Source: a virus. Taken from it: DNA of 64,000 nucleotides. The notes under the pieces are model-generated. The model searched no databases and was not told where the DNA came from. It saw only the letters and a program-made list of their open reading frames with translations. Positions 19,878-29,611 of the stretch are shown in pieces; the stretch's first letter is position 1, and every line of letters begins with the position of its first letter. Both the position numbers and the translations under genes were made by a program. The stretch covers positions 29,876 to 93,875 of IMG/VR virus record IMGVR_UViG_3300010883_000009. The stretch is one strand, 5' to 3'.

Positions 19878-21239
19878 TTAACTTGGCTGGAGTTCCGTTA
19901 CGGCAAAGTCTTGCCCATAGGCAGGTTCGGCATTTTGCGTTTCCAATGCCGCTTCAGCCATTGCCTCCTGATCATCTTCATTGAGACCAATCTCTGTAGC
20001 TACATCCTGAATCGGCGTTGTTGAAGCAACTTCGAAATCCATGTTAGCGAAGCTTACGCGACTTCCAACCAAATTTGCGTTTACTGGGTGATCAACGATC
20101 TCGAAGACATTTGTAACGTTAGGAACGTTAACAAACATTGCCCCCGGATCTAAGTAAATTTGCTGATTAGCATCACCGCTGAGAACACCATACGCTCCGT
20201 TTTGATCTGTAACTTTAATGTTGCTCGTACCAGCGTGTTCCAACATCTCCTGTAATGTTTCAGCCTTTTTGACTACCGCTTCGTAACCGATGCCTGCATG
20301 CTTAGATACTAGCCGTTGAGCAACTTGATCAATTTGTGCAACTCCCATGACTGAAGCTCTGTAATGGTCGCAAATAGAATCAACCATTGTTTCATATTCG
20401 ACACCTGCTTCTCGCATTTCAATTGTATCTTTGAAAATATGATAGATACGATCTTGTTCAGCTTCTTTAAGATTCTTATTTGAAGCAACCTTTACGACCT
20501 TCTCAAACGAGTCAGCAGCAACGGTAATGCTATCTGCCTTATTGTCTCTCGCTTCTTCCAAGCGTCTTTCGGTAGAGTACTGATGCGGTCTTGGCTTGCG
20601 AGTCCTTTCTCCGTCTGCCAATTCCATCTGATTCCCTCCGTCTCTTGGAGCGTCAGGATTAGCAGGAGTTCCGGCAGTTGGGAAAACATGGAAACGGTCA
20701 TTGATGTAACCACCAACTACTTTCCCATCATTATCTTTGTAATCCCTGTAGAACTTATCCATTACATATGTTCGCCAAATAGATTCTCCGCTATAGATGT
20801 GATGAGGATCTTCATCAAAACGAATTTCATCGGTTGCGTAGTGCGTGAAGTCATAATACTTATCGCGTCCTACTCTCCAAGGAGTATTTTCGTTGTAAGC
20901 GTCTACAACTCTGTTCCATTTGTTTCTGCTGGATCTAGTCCATTCATTACGCTGACGAGGATCTGAAGATTCTTTTTTCATAGCTGTTGCCTGTTTTGTT
21001 AGTTTTGTAATATCATGTTTAGCGAGAACGCCGAACAAAATCTCAGAAGCATTGCTATTCTCTCCCTGTTCTAAAATTGCTTGACAGGAATCATGAATGT
21101 CTTGCTCGTCATCCGGAATTTCAGACATGTCTGGAACCGTCTCAATCATTTTCATGAGTTCTTGCGCAGCTTCTTCAGCCGAACCTCTTGAACGAACCCA
21201 CGCTTCTAAATCCTTAGGATTCTGAAAATACTCTGCCAT
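19878..21239 (-). CDS. hypothetical head-module protein
   Basis: 453-aa ORF with AGGAG RBS and several K-x-A/S motifs. Confidence 0.75.
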   Translation of the reverse strand: MAEYFQNPKDLEAWVRSRGSAEEAAQELMKMIETVPDMSEIPDDEQDIHDSCQAILEQGENSNASEILFGVLAKHDITKLTKQATAMKKESSDPRQRNEWTRSSRNKWNRVVDAYNENTPWRVGRDKYYDFTHYATDEIRFDEDPHHIYSGESIWRTYVMDKFYRDYKDNDGKVVGGYINDRFHVFPTAGTPANPDAPRDGGNQMELADGERTRKPRPHQYSTERRLEEARDNKADSITVAADSFEKVVKVASNKNLKEAEQDRIYHIFKDTIEMREAGVEYETMVDSICDHYRASVMGVAQIDQVAQRLVSKHAGIGYEAVVKKAETLQEMLEHAGTSNIKVTDQNGAYGVLSGDANQQIYLDPGAMFVNVPNVTNVFEIVDHPVNANLVGSRVSFANMDFEVASTTPIQDVATEIGLNEDDQEAMAEAALETQNAEPAYGQDFAVTELQPS

Positions 21240-21249
21240 GTCTAGCTCC

Positions 21250-22245
21250 TTATTGTGCTACGCCCAAGTTTGATGCTAAAGAACTTGCGAAATCATCAGA
21301 AATCTGACGAGAACTTTGTTTACAAGGCTTCTCCCAATCGTCGTTCTCTTTCGGACGCTGGATAGAGGCTTTGTACTCTTTGTTATGTTTCGCAATCTTT
21401 TCGCCTTCAGTCAAATCGGGCAAAGTTTGTTTTCCGCTACCATAAACGCCGCCTTGAACGGGTTCGTGATTAAGACCCGTATGAGCATTAAGTGATTCGG
21501 TTGGGAATACCGTTCCTTTCGGAATTATATCTCCTCCAGACATTTCATCAGCCTTATCTTGCTGCCATTCGGTATGATTCGCCTTCTTCTGCTCTTCTTT
21601 GTCTTTTGCTTGCTGCTTCAAGCGTTCGCCGTTATCAGGAGTTTCACTCTCTGCAAATTCTTTGATAGCGTCAGGATTCGTGATGCTGTTTTGGTTAGGA
21701 GCGGGGTTAACATCCGAATTTTCGAAATAATTCTCTCCGCCACCAATCGCAATGACATCACCTGTAAACAGGGATGGTTCGGACAAGTTGTCTTGTTTCT
21801 TAACCTGTTCCCAGTTAGCAGGCTCCATGTGAGACGTATCTGAACGCTCATCAATGCGGAAAGGATCTTTCCATACACCTCGTAAATTTTGCGTTTCCTC
21901 AGATGGAGCCGCTGCTTGCGCAGTTCTAACCATCGTATCGGATGCTGATTCTCTTTGAATATCGACAGGATTAAACCCCTTAAACTTGGACAAATCCATG
22001 CCGCAAGCAATGGCGTATTCTCTCAAATGACGAACAACACCATCATCCCAATTGGAATTATAATGGTAAGGCTTACCGTTAGAAGAACATGCTTCAATCC
22101 TATCGCACTCTTGAGCTAATACCAATTCGTCCACTTCCTCAGAAACATTTATTTCCTCAACTTCTTCAGTTGGAATGGAAGGTTTTTGTTCTTCGGTCAT
22201 GAACCAAGGAATGCTCTGTTCGTCTGCGACTCGTAATATGTTCAT
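21250..22245 (-). CDS. hypothetical head-module protein
   Basis: MNILRVA start, internal VRTAQ; promoter motif upstream. Confidence 0.75.
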   Translation of the reverse strand: MNILRVADEQSIPWFMTEEQKPSIPTEEVEEINVSEEVDELVLAQECDRIEACSSNGKPYHYNSNWDDGVVRHLREYAIACGMDLSKFKGFNPVDIQRESASDTMVRTAQAAAPSEETQNLRGVWKDPFRIDERSDTSHMEPANWEQVKKQDNLSEPSLFTGDVIAIGGGENYFENSDVNPAPNQNSITNPDAIKEFAESETPDNGERLKQQAKDKEEQKKANHTEWQQDKADEMSGGDIIPKGTVFPTESLNAHTGLNHEPVQGGVYGSGKQTLPDLTEGEKIAKHNKEYKASIQRPKENDDWEKPCKQSSRQISDDFASSLASNLGVAQ

Positions 22246-22303
22246 AAATCAGTCCTTTTTAGTGGTTACATGGAAATTCACGTACCTATTTTTCCTAATG
22301 TCT

Positions 22304-22330
22304 ATTTCATACATCCTGCGGTAATTCCTT
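22304..22330 (-). promoter_or_regulatory. AGG-N18-GAA promoter
   Basis: AAGGAATT...GAAATA directly after a terminator. Confidence 0.75.
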
Positions 22331-22343
22331 CTTTTTTGAGCAA

Positions 22344-22377
22344 CAAAAAACCCCGCACTTAGACGCGGGGGTTTTTG
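22344..22377. terminator. intrinsic terminator, possibly bidirectional
   Basis: AAAAAACCCCGC-loop-GCGGGGGTTTTT. Confidence 0.8.
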
Positions 22378-22585
22378 CTTCTAGCGATTTCTACGCTTTC
22401 TTATATTATGTATCGACATATAGTCGATAAAAGTCATATAGCTTTGAGCAAAACGATATTGCTCCGACTCAGGCAAAGAAAGCCAAAATTTAGTTACTTC
22501 GTTGTATTTCTCCGACTTCTTTTTGCGTCTATATACAGTAACTCTGTATCTATAATTGTAATCCTTGGCTTCTTGTGATTCGCCT

Positions 22586-25500
22586 TTATTTCAACTCTTT
22601 GAAGCCGGGTTCAGGCTCAGTCTTCTTCTTGTCAAAATCAAACTGCTCTTGTTCCTCTTTGTCACCCTTTTTCATACGACGAAATACCTCTCGATCTCCA
22701 AGAATCAACTCACCTGTTGAATCATCGTCTTTCATGGAACCTTCGCAATATTCCAGCACCTTGACGAAGTTTTCCGTATTCCATTCCAAACCCTTCTCAC
22801 CTCGTTTGAGATAGTAATGATGAGCCGCCATTTCCATAACAAGAGTTTCAACGTCTCGAACAGTAAAGCCCTTCATGGTACAAAGTTCTGCAACTTGATC
22901 CAAATCAAGACCGTCAATGGCTTTTTGCAACGCTTCATGCGTCATGAAGCCAAGAACCTTGATCTCTCGATTTTTCATTCTACGACCCGTTGTTTTGAGG
23001 GTCTCCTTCATAGATTCCGAATCAAAATTGTCAATGTCAATTACCAAATCTACACGACCTGATCTCAACATTGGACCTGTAATCGTTTCTTTATGGTTCG
23101 TAGTCATGACAACGAAAATGTTTCGCTTAGCGAATTCGTTCTCTTCTTGACCATTCTGCAACCAAGCCATGAACTCAGACTCGACTTGCTTATGAGCCTC
23201 ATGCATACCTGCCGCAGAGTCATTAGTTGCACCGATTGCTCTATCATATTCATCGATACGAACGATTACATGAGAAGAGTTCATAATAGCCTGAATTGAC
23301 TTCCTTGCTTGTTCGGAACCCTCTCCAACCCATTTAGAGTGAACTGCATTAACATTGAAATCCCAAATATCGAATCCCAAAAGTCCTGCCAAGTGGATCG
23401 GGAATGCAGAGTTATGAGTTACTGTGTAGTCTCCAAGTAAAAATTGGTTATCTCCATCTACTTCAAAACCAAAGTAATCGCCAACACCAATCGGTTCAAC
23501 ATCAATACCACATTTTACTCCAATTTTTTGAGGATTGTCATGCGCTTGTTTCCTCTCTAGAAGCGTAGGGATTTCGGATAGGTTTCCCCCAAACGTAACC
23601 GTATAGCATCTTATTTTGTAGTTTCTAGATTTAAGCGTCTTTATAGATGATGTCTCAAAAACCTTAAAACCTAAACTTCTACCCAAGTCAGCCACATCTT
23701 TTGCCAATCTTTCATTGACGTTAAAGAACTGTAACGAGCCGCTTTTGGTTTGATATCCGTCAGAGTCTATTAATCCTGCCAAAAGAGCCAATCGATTCTT
23801 TCTAGAATTAACCTTATAAACATTTGGAATGTGTTTATTTCCATATATATCTGTTGACCTGAGCGCAGCCTTTACAAAATTGTCTGCATATCCGCTACCT
23901 TGACGAGGTGAGAAATTTATTACCTCTGCTTTAGTTGTCGTCCGGTTTTCAACTCTGACGAATAAATTATTCGCCTTAGCCCAATCCATTAACCATTCCC
24001 GAACTGAATTATCTTTATCACCAACGGTTATTGCAGGTTTTTTAGAAGTACCGTCTCCTAACCATAGTCCTGTCCAGTACGGGTCAAGGGGCAAATCTTG
24101 CTTAGGATACTCAACACCTGTTTTCCATCCGTAGTGAGTTTTCTTCCATGTTTCCCCTTTCTGTACATATTCTTCAGCAGAAATAAAAACCGGATCGTCT
24201 TGGAATCTCCCCTCTTTCTTCAAAGACAAAATGTGTTTGTCATTGCAAATATAGTTGTCGCCATTTCTTTGACTAATCTTGTATAGCTCTCCTACGCCCT
24301 TTGTCGTTCCGAGAATCTTGCGGGGAGTCGAATCTGGACCCATTAAGATGTCATCCAATTGCACGTCTTCTACATTCTTCTTGGACCCATCAAACATGAT
24401 AACTGGAGTTCCTTGACCAAGGCATTTACCAACTCCGCCTTTGCCGAATAGAACAGAAACGTGAGGCATCCGCGTTTGAATGCGTTCAATCAGATCTTCG
24501 AATTGAGATTCATCCTTTCCTGCTTCAACAGCCTTTTGAGAACGCTTACGAAGCTCAGAAACCTCTCTGAAGTCTCTGAGTAACTTCTCTACATCCCAAG
24601 TAAAGTTGCTTGACTCAGGCGCAATGTAATCTTCCCATGGACGAGGCGTTAACTGTGTTAAACCATATCCTTTGTCCATGAATTTCTGATTGATTGTTTT
24701 ACGAAGAGTTTTTATCGCTTTAATGCTGTCGATCTTCTTAGATTTTGGGGGTTCTTCAGAAGCAGCCAACGAAGCAGCCAAAACATCTCCCGCTTCAGTA
24801 TAAGTCAAACCTGCCAACTTACGAACAATCTGTTCGCGCTGCGCTTTGCTGAATTTAACTTGGTATTTTGCGTTAGTGTACAGATCAGTGAAACTCTCAA
24901 TGATATGATTAGCTTCATGCTCATCAACTGGACTTATTTCAAGCGTTCTAACTTGGAAAGGCAATTTTAGTTTGACGTTTGAAATCAATAACATACGGCA
25001 ACCCTTTTTGATGCTAGGGTTGCGGAAATTATCGAAAACGTTCAATGCCTTAGGCTCAACTACTCCGGGATTCTCCTTGAAGCAGAAGTCAACTGCGAAA
25101 TCAACATTTTTGATGATCAACAGCTTATCCTTGAATCTACCTTGTAGAACTTCTCGACGACTAACAAATCCGTCAGGCTTCCTTTTGCGTTTTCCAGTTT
25201 GAGGATCTGTTTTCGGTATTGGGATATCCATGTCTGGATCTTGTTCTGTTTCGATAGAACCGTAGATCAACTCGTCAAGATAACCATAACTACGCCCTTT
25301 GCCGGGTTGACCATGCTGAAGCTCAACAGCATCAATGTCAGCGGTGTTGTTGTAGAGTTCTTGCATTTTGAAACATTCCTTCATTAACGCATCTACTAAG
25401 CAAGGGTCTTCGTGATTAACTACGAAATTTGTAATACCGGTCAACGACAGCTTGGTAGAGACTATAAGCTCTTCCTTGAGCTTTTGGAATGTCTCGCTAG

Positions 25501-25648
25501 ACTTGACCAAAGACGTAAAATTGATATCCGACCCTTTCTTGGGCGGAGCGGTGGCTGCGGATGCTGCCGATGCTGCCGGGGGCTTTACAGCAACCGTTTT
25601 TGAGTCAGTTTTTTGTGTTGTGTTAGTCGTTGGCATAAGCGTCTCCAA
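22586..25648 (-). CDS. Ycf46-like AAA+ ATPase interrupted by an intein (about 682 aa after splicing)
   Basis: Spliced Walker A GKGGVGK/S, SKWVGEGSE, Walker B VRIDE, MTTNH, LRSGRVD; GLTYTEA in a degenerate N-terminal domain. Confidence 0.85.
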   Translation of the reverse strand: METLMPTTNTTQKTDSKTVAVKPPAASAASAATAPPKKGSDINFTSLVKSSETFQKLKEELIVSTKLSLTGITNFVVNHEDPCLVDALMKECFKMQELYNNTADIDAVELQHGQPGKGRSYGYLDELIYGSIETEQDPDMDIPIPKTDPQTGKRKRKPDGFVSRREVLQGRFKDKLLIIKNVDFAVDFCFKENPGVVEPKALNVFDNFRNPSIKKGCRMLLISNVKLKLPFQVRTLEISPVDEHEANHIIESFTDLYTNAKYQVKFSKAQREQIVRKLAGLTYTEAGDVLAASLAASEEPPKSKKIDSIKAIKTLRKTINQKFMDKGYGLTQLTPRPWEDYIAPESSNFTWDVEKLLRDFREVSELRKRSQKAVEAGKDESQFEDLIERIQTRMPHVSVLFGKGGVGKCLGQGTPVIMFDGSKKNVEDVQLDDILMGPDSTPRKILGTTKGVGELYKISQRNGDNYICNDKHILSLKKEGRFQDDPVFISAEEYVQKGETWKKTHYGWKTGVEYPKQDLPLDPYWTGLWLGDGTSKKPAITVGDKDNSVREWLMDWAKANNLFVRVENRTTTKAEVINFSPRQGSGYADNFVKAALRSTDIYGNKHIPNVYKVNSRKNRLALLAGLIDSDGYQTKSGSLQFFNVNERLAKDVADLGRSLGFKVFETSSIKTLKSRNYKIRCYTVTFGGNLSEIPTLLERKQAHDNPQKIGVKCGIDVEPIGVGDYFGFEVDGDNQFLLGDYTVTHNSAFPIHLAGLLGFDIWDFNVNAVHSKWVGEGSEQARKSIQAIMNSSHVIVRIDEYDRAIGATNDSAAGMHEAHKQVESEFMAWLQNGQEENEFAKRNIFVVMTTNHKETITGPMLRSGRVDLVIDIDNFDSESMKETLKTTGRRMKNREIKVLGFMTHEALQKAIDGLDLDQVAELCTMKGFTVRDVETLVMEMAAHHYYLKRGEKGLEWNTENFVKVLEYCEGSMKDDDSTGELILGDREVFRRMKKGDKEEQEQFDFDKKKTEPEPGFKELK
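23411..24424 (-). mobile_element. intein (338 aa) with LAGLIDADG homing endonuclease
   Basis: Begins CLGQGTPVIMFDGS, ends GDYTVTHN followed by Ser; GLWLGDG and LAGLIDSDG blocks. Confidence 0.95.
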
Positions 25649-25671
25649 GTTCTAGTTATAGATTTGAATCT

Positions 25672-25679
25672 ATTATACA
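25672..25679 (-). promoter_or_regulatory. TGTATAAT promoter element upstream of AAA gene
   Basis: One of 11 exact copies found upstream of gene starts. Confidence 0.65.
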
Positions 25680-25691
25680 ACGCCCCCCAAC

Positions 25692-25734
25692 AAAAAAGGC
25701 AGACAATAACGCATTATGCGCTATCGTCTGCCTT
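25692..25734 (-). terminator. intrinsic terminator
   Basis: AAGGCAGAC...GTCTGCCTT stem plus T-tract on minus strand. Confidence 0.7.
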
Positions 25735-25754
25735 GAAAAAATCGGTAACGACGC

Positions 25755-26540
25755 TTATTTTTCGTAGTTCGTGGTCATCAACTTGGCGTAGTCGGCTACG
25801 TATCCCAAGTCGTCTTTCCAGAACTTCAAAACTTTCTTGCGAGTGGTCGGGCTGATTTTACTCGTCTTAACGAGATCATCTACGCTAGCTTCCTTCAGAA
25901 GCTCTTCCTTATCGGACTTTGCAAATGCTCCACAAGCTTCAGCCTCTTCGTCAGACTCTTGAATAATGTCTTCGCCGCCTTCTTCAACGTCTTCAACAAT
26001 ATCAATCTCGATAACCGCTTCGTCAGAAACGTCAGTAATGTCTTCAACAACGTCTTCAACAACGTCTTCGGCTGCGTCGGCTGTTACGCCTACGGCATCC
26101 TTAACGGCTTCAACTGCTTCTTCGACTTTAGCAACTGCTTCTGTAACTGCTTCCGCGACCTCATCGGCTGCTTCTGATTTCTCTACGAGGTCGGCAACTG
26201 CTTCCTGAACGTCTCCGCTAACTGCTTCTTCAACGTCATCAGTTACGTCAGTTACTTCGTCAGCTTCGTCGTCGTCGTCGTCATCATCGTCAACTTCGTC
26301 CACTTCCGTGTCGTCGAATTGAGCTTCTACTACCTTCTTGGCTGCTTCGTACAGCAAATCCTTATCGGTCTTTGCCTCAACAACCGCTTCTTGAGAAGCT
26401 TGCTCGTCGGCTTGTTCGGTATTTTCTTCGATTGATGCTTCGGTGGATTCCTCGTTGGCAGAAGCCGTTCTTACCATCTCTTCTGGGTCTGTAGGACTCC
26501 ATTCGAAGTCTGTTTTTCCAACTGGTGTAATAACTGCCAT
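25755..26540 (-). CDS. highly acidic scaffold/core-like protein
   Basis: D/E/V/A-rich centre flanked by VRTAS and LKEAS; AGGAG RBS. Confidence 0.75.
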   Translation of the reverse strand: MAVITPVGKTDFEWSPTDPEEMVRTASANEESTEASIEENTEQADEQASQEAVVEAKTDKDLLYEAAKKVVEAQFDDTEVDEVDDDDDDDDEADEVTDVTDDVEEAVSGDVQEAVADLVEKSEAADEVAEAVTEAVAKVEEAVEAVKDAVGVTADAAEDVVEDVVEDITDVSDEAVIEIDIVEDVEEGGEDIIQESDEEAEACGAFAKSDKEELLKEASVDDLVKTSKISPTTRKKVLKFWKDDLGYVADYAKLMTTNYEK

Positions 26541-26609
26541 TTTATGTCTCCTTTTGTGATTAAACTTCAGTCTTTTCTTTTAATTCTTTATTATGTTCTC
26601 GATTCCTTC

Positions 26610-26837
26610 TTATTTCTTGCTTTGTGCTGAAGCATATTTGAACGACCAATCTCCGCCACTCAAATCTTGATACTCTTCTATACAAGAAGTAATCGCCGCT
26701 TGCGCTGCCATTCCTGCCGAAACCTTAGCCTTGTAACAGTCCATCCAGTTACGACTTTGGCTTTTCATCAACGCCTGAGCATCTTCGTAGTAAGCTGTAC
26801 GTCGAAATGCCTTCAGGTTAAACACAGTAGTTTTCAT
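26610..26837 (-). CDS. small hypothetical protein
   Basis: FNLKAFRRTA leader; promoter motif 12 nt upstream. Confidence 0.7.
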   Translation of the reverse strand: MKTTVFNLKAFRRTAYYEDAQALMKSQSRNWMDCYKAKVSAGMAAQAAITSCIEEYQDLSGGDWSFKYASAQSKK

Positions 26838-26844
26838 GGTGTCT

Positions 26845-26871
26845 TATTCACGGTTTATTGGCGAATTCCTT
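26845..26871 (-). promoter_or_regulatory. AGG-N18-GAA promoter
   Basis: AAGGAATT...GAATA 12 nt before ATG. Confidence 0.75.
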
Positions 26872-26884
26872 CTCTTATCTTTGT

Positions 26885-27364
26885 TTAAAAGCTTTGACCG
26901 GGTGATCCCGGCTGCATTCGTGCTTCAGGAGACATTTGATCAAATACGCTTTGGTCTGGTGCTTCAGCTTGTTGTTGCGGAACAATCTGGTTGATTACTT
27001 CCATAACACCTTGTGGCGTTGTTAACGTTTGCAAACTTGAAATGTCAGTTTTACCAAAACGAACATTAGTTATCAATCCAGATAGTTGATTCATAAGAGT
27101 TAGAACTACCCCTCTGTTAATTGGAAGCAATTTAGCTAATGTTTCTTCTACCGTTTCTAGTTCAAATTGTCCCTGATCTTGACTATTCGGATATTGACTA
27201 ACAAATGTTGCCATTGCTTGCGCTGCTGTTTGTGCAATGTTTTCTTTGCTCGCCTCATCAATTACTTGAGCCGTTTTCGTCCACCCAGCTTTCTTACCAA
27301 TGTCTTGCCATTCTTTTTGAGACATCTTAACTTTACTTTTTCCGTTAGCTGTAATTATTTTCAT
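26885..27364 (-). CDS. hypothetical protein with long leader
   Basis: MKIITANGK...EWQDIGKKAGWTKTAQ. Confidence 0.8.
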   Translation of the reverse strand: MKIITANGKSKVKMSQKEWQDIGKKAGWTKTAQVIDEASKENIAQTAAQAMATFVSQYPNSQDQGQFELETVEETLAKLLPINRGVVLTLMNQLSGLITNVRFGKTDISSLQTLTTPQGVMEVINQIVPQQQAEAPDQSVFDQMSPEARMQPGSPGQSF

Positions 27365-27375
27365 ATTTGTGCCTG

Positions 27376-27717
27376 TTAAGCTTTCGTATTATATCTGTCA
27401 TATATTCTATTCACAAGATTAGAAATTTTGTTTCGTACATCTTTCCTTGTTTCGCCTAAAAAATTGATCATATCGACAACATCGGGATAAACCTCTCCCC
27501 ATTCAGGGTCGTCTCGCATTTCGTTCTTTACAACAAAAAGATATTGTATTAGAGAATCTATCTTTTGAGAACATCTAAAAGACTCGTCACTTAAATTCTT
27601 ACCAAGATTGACACCTTCTTGAGCCGTTTTCGTCCACCCATTGTTTTCGCCAATGGATTTCCATTCACTTTTCGAAATCTTGATTTGCTTCTTACCGTTT
27701 GCCATTACTATTTTCAT
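27376..27717 (-). CDS. hypothetical protein with long leader
   Basis: MKIVMANGK...EWKSIGENNGWTKTAQ. Confidence 0.8.
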   Translation of the reverse strand: MKIVMANGKKQIKISKSEWKSIGENNGWTKTAQEGVNLGKNLSDESFRCSQKIDSLIQYLFVVKNEMRDDPEWGEVYPDVVDMINFLGETRKDVRNKISNLVNRIYDRYNTKA

Positions 27718-27726
27718 TTGGTTCTC

Positions 27727-28527
27727 CTATTCCACAAATTCTTCCAACACTTCTAATGCAATGATGTTGGAGAACAAAAACCTTTTTATCTGATTCCCCA
27801 AAATCTGCCATTTTCCTCCATTTATTGTAGGAGATGCGTCAAATGCTACAAAATACTCCCCTCCATTACTTACTCGTATTGGATACCCTTCTCCGGGAGA
27901 TGGCATTAATTTTCTAGGCGGCAAAGTTTGACCACTTTCCTTTGACTGATAAATTATCTGCAATGCAAGATTCTTCTGCTCTGCATATCTTACCTTTGCT
28001 CTGTCATCCAATACCATTTCAGCGCGAGGACTTGTCGGTTGCTCCTGTTGCGCTGGTTGCTCCTGCATAGGATCGGGCATTGGCGGCTCTTCAACGACAG
28101 GACCATTCTGTAAAACGTCTTGATTAACAGGGAAGGCAGGATTGCCAATAGTAGATTGAGCTTGACGATGAGTTTTTTCTCCGATATCTACTCCTGCAAT
28201 TTTGTCCCCAACTCCTAAGTCATTTTTCAGGAACCACCCGTGATTAACTTCGAGTGCTAACTTGCATGGTTTATCAGATGATGTTAAACGGGTACTAAGA
28301 GGATACATCTCTGCGATTTGGAAAATAGTACCATCGTCTTCTAAAAAAGCTATGTCCAATGGTATATAAGTGGACTGCATCCAAAAACGAAGATTGTCGG
28401 CGCGGGTAAACTTAAACAGCATCCCTGCATTCTCCGCGAGATTTTTTCTATGCATTAAACCCGTTGCTCTGAGCGTAGGGGTATCTGCTATTTCTACTGA
28501 AAGTCTCTTCATGAACTTTCCTGCCAC
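27727..28527 (-). CDS. DUF192 domain fused to a WYL-like C-terminal domain
   Basis: VEIADT...GLMHR...GMLF...FWMQSTYIPLDIAF...ALEVNHG; C-terminal IIYQS...RKLMP...YFVAFD...KRFLFSNI. Confidence 0.75.
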   Translation of the reverse strand: MAGKFMKRLSVEIADTPTLRATGLMHRKNLAENAGMLFKFTRADNLRFWMQSTYIPLDIAFLEDDGTIFQIAEMYPLSTRLTSSDKPCKLALEVNHGWFLKNDLGVGDKIAGVDIGEKTHRQAQSTIGNPAFPVNQDVLQNGPVVEEPPMPDPMQEQPAQQEQPTSPRAEMVLDDRAKVRYAEQKNLALQIIYQSKESGQTLPPRKLMPSPGEGYPIRVSNGGEYFVAFDASPTINGGKWQILGNQIKRFLFSNIIALEVLEEFVE

Positions 28528-28736
28528 GATACGGAGCTATCATCTAAACCATCTCGCAGTTCTTTGGCAGCTTCAACGTCAGGGCAGAAAAAATGTAAAG
28601 CTCTTGACCCCGCCTTGTTTCGCAACATCACCCCATGAGGAACTTCAACAGATACCTGTCCCGTCTGAACGAGGTTGTATTGCTTTTTACTTAACTCGGC
28701 GTAAATCTCGATTGGTCGATCTTCTTTAGTTTCCAT
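28509..28736 (-). CDS. hypothetical protein
   Basis: 75-aa ORF filling the operon gap. Confidence 0.6.
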   Translation of the reverse strand: METKEDRPIEIYAELSKKQYNLVQTGQVSVEVPHGVMLRNKAGSRALHFFCPDVEAAKELRDGLDDSSVSWQESS

Positions 28737-28745
28737 TTCAGAACC

Positions 28746-29210
28746 TTAAAATGAGACAAGATGAGAATGCTCGTCAAAAACGCAAGCAATACGATATCCT
28801 TTCTTCCCTCTCTTGTTCATGCTTGCTAAAATTTCGGTATAACTCTTGTCCTTTCTGTTTTTCAAGAAAAGGTTATTTTCTCCCAACGACATTGTTGAGA
28901 TTACCTTTCTTCCCTTCTCGGTAAATTTGACTTCATTTGTATTGCCGCTTAAAAGACCTCTTGATTTGAGGCGAATCAACTCTTTATTTGCAACATCTAT
29001 GTTTGCAACTTTGTAAGTTTCGTTGCTGCTCTTCTCTGCGTTCAACCAAATCTCCATTAACACATTTGCGTCTTTATCCGCAACTGTTACAGAGAAGTCG
29101 CTAGCTTCCTTGGGTATATGGTTTGCCAAAAAAGAGATATCCAACAAACCTTCTGCTTGCGGTTCTGTTTGTAATGTATTTTGGTTTACTAATCCAATTG
29201 GTATAGGCAT
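28746..29210 (-). CDS. hypothetical protein, possible winged helix
   Basis: LIRLKSRGLL...KFTEKGRKV; AGGAG RBS. Confidence 0.6.
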   Translation of the reverse strand: MPIPIGLVNQNTLQTEPQAEGLLDISFLANHIPKEASDFSVTVADKDANVLMEIWLNAEKSSNETYKVANIDVANKELIRLKSRGLLSGNTNEVKFTEKGRKVISTMSLGENNLFLKNRKDKSYTEILASMNKRGKKGYRIACVFDEHSHLVSF

Positions 29211-29220
29211 AATTATCTCC

Positions 29221-29601
29221 TTATCCGCTTACGTCTGGCATCTCGCCGCCCTGCATTTCGTGAATATCACCCATAACAAACTCGGTTTCATGTCCCCTAC
29301 TATTCCACCACATTGCTTGGACTCTATCTAAACTTATCAAAAGGTTTTCCATTTGTTTTAAAGATCCTCCATCCATTTCATTAAGCACAGCAAGCAGTTG
29401 AGACTTGATTTGATTAGCCCTAGACTGAATTTCAGGATCATCAATATCATTTGTCAAATCCTCTAACTTTTCAATGTTATCAGCGTATGCTCTTAATGTA
29501 TTAGCTATCACATTGAATTCATGATTAAATTCAAATGCATTTTCGCTAACGACTGGCTGCGCCTCTTTAATGATCGTAACTTGTCCGTCGTCAATATGCA
29601 T
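29221..29601 (-). CDS. hypothetical helical protein
   Basis: AGGAG RBS; IIKEAQ near N-terminus. Confidence 0.7.
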   Translation of the reverse strand: MHIDDGQVTIIKEAQPVVSENAFEFNHEFNVIANTLRAYADNIEKLEDLTNDIDDPEIQSRANQIKSQLLAVLNEMDGGSLKQMENLLISLDRVQAMWWNSRGHETEFVMGDIHEMQGGEMPDVSG

Positions 29602-29611
29602 GTCTTCTCTC

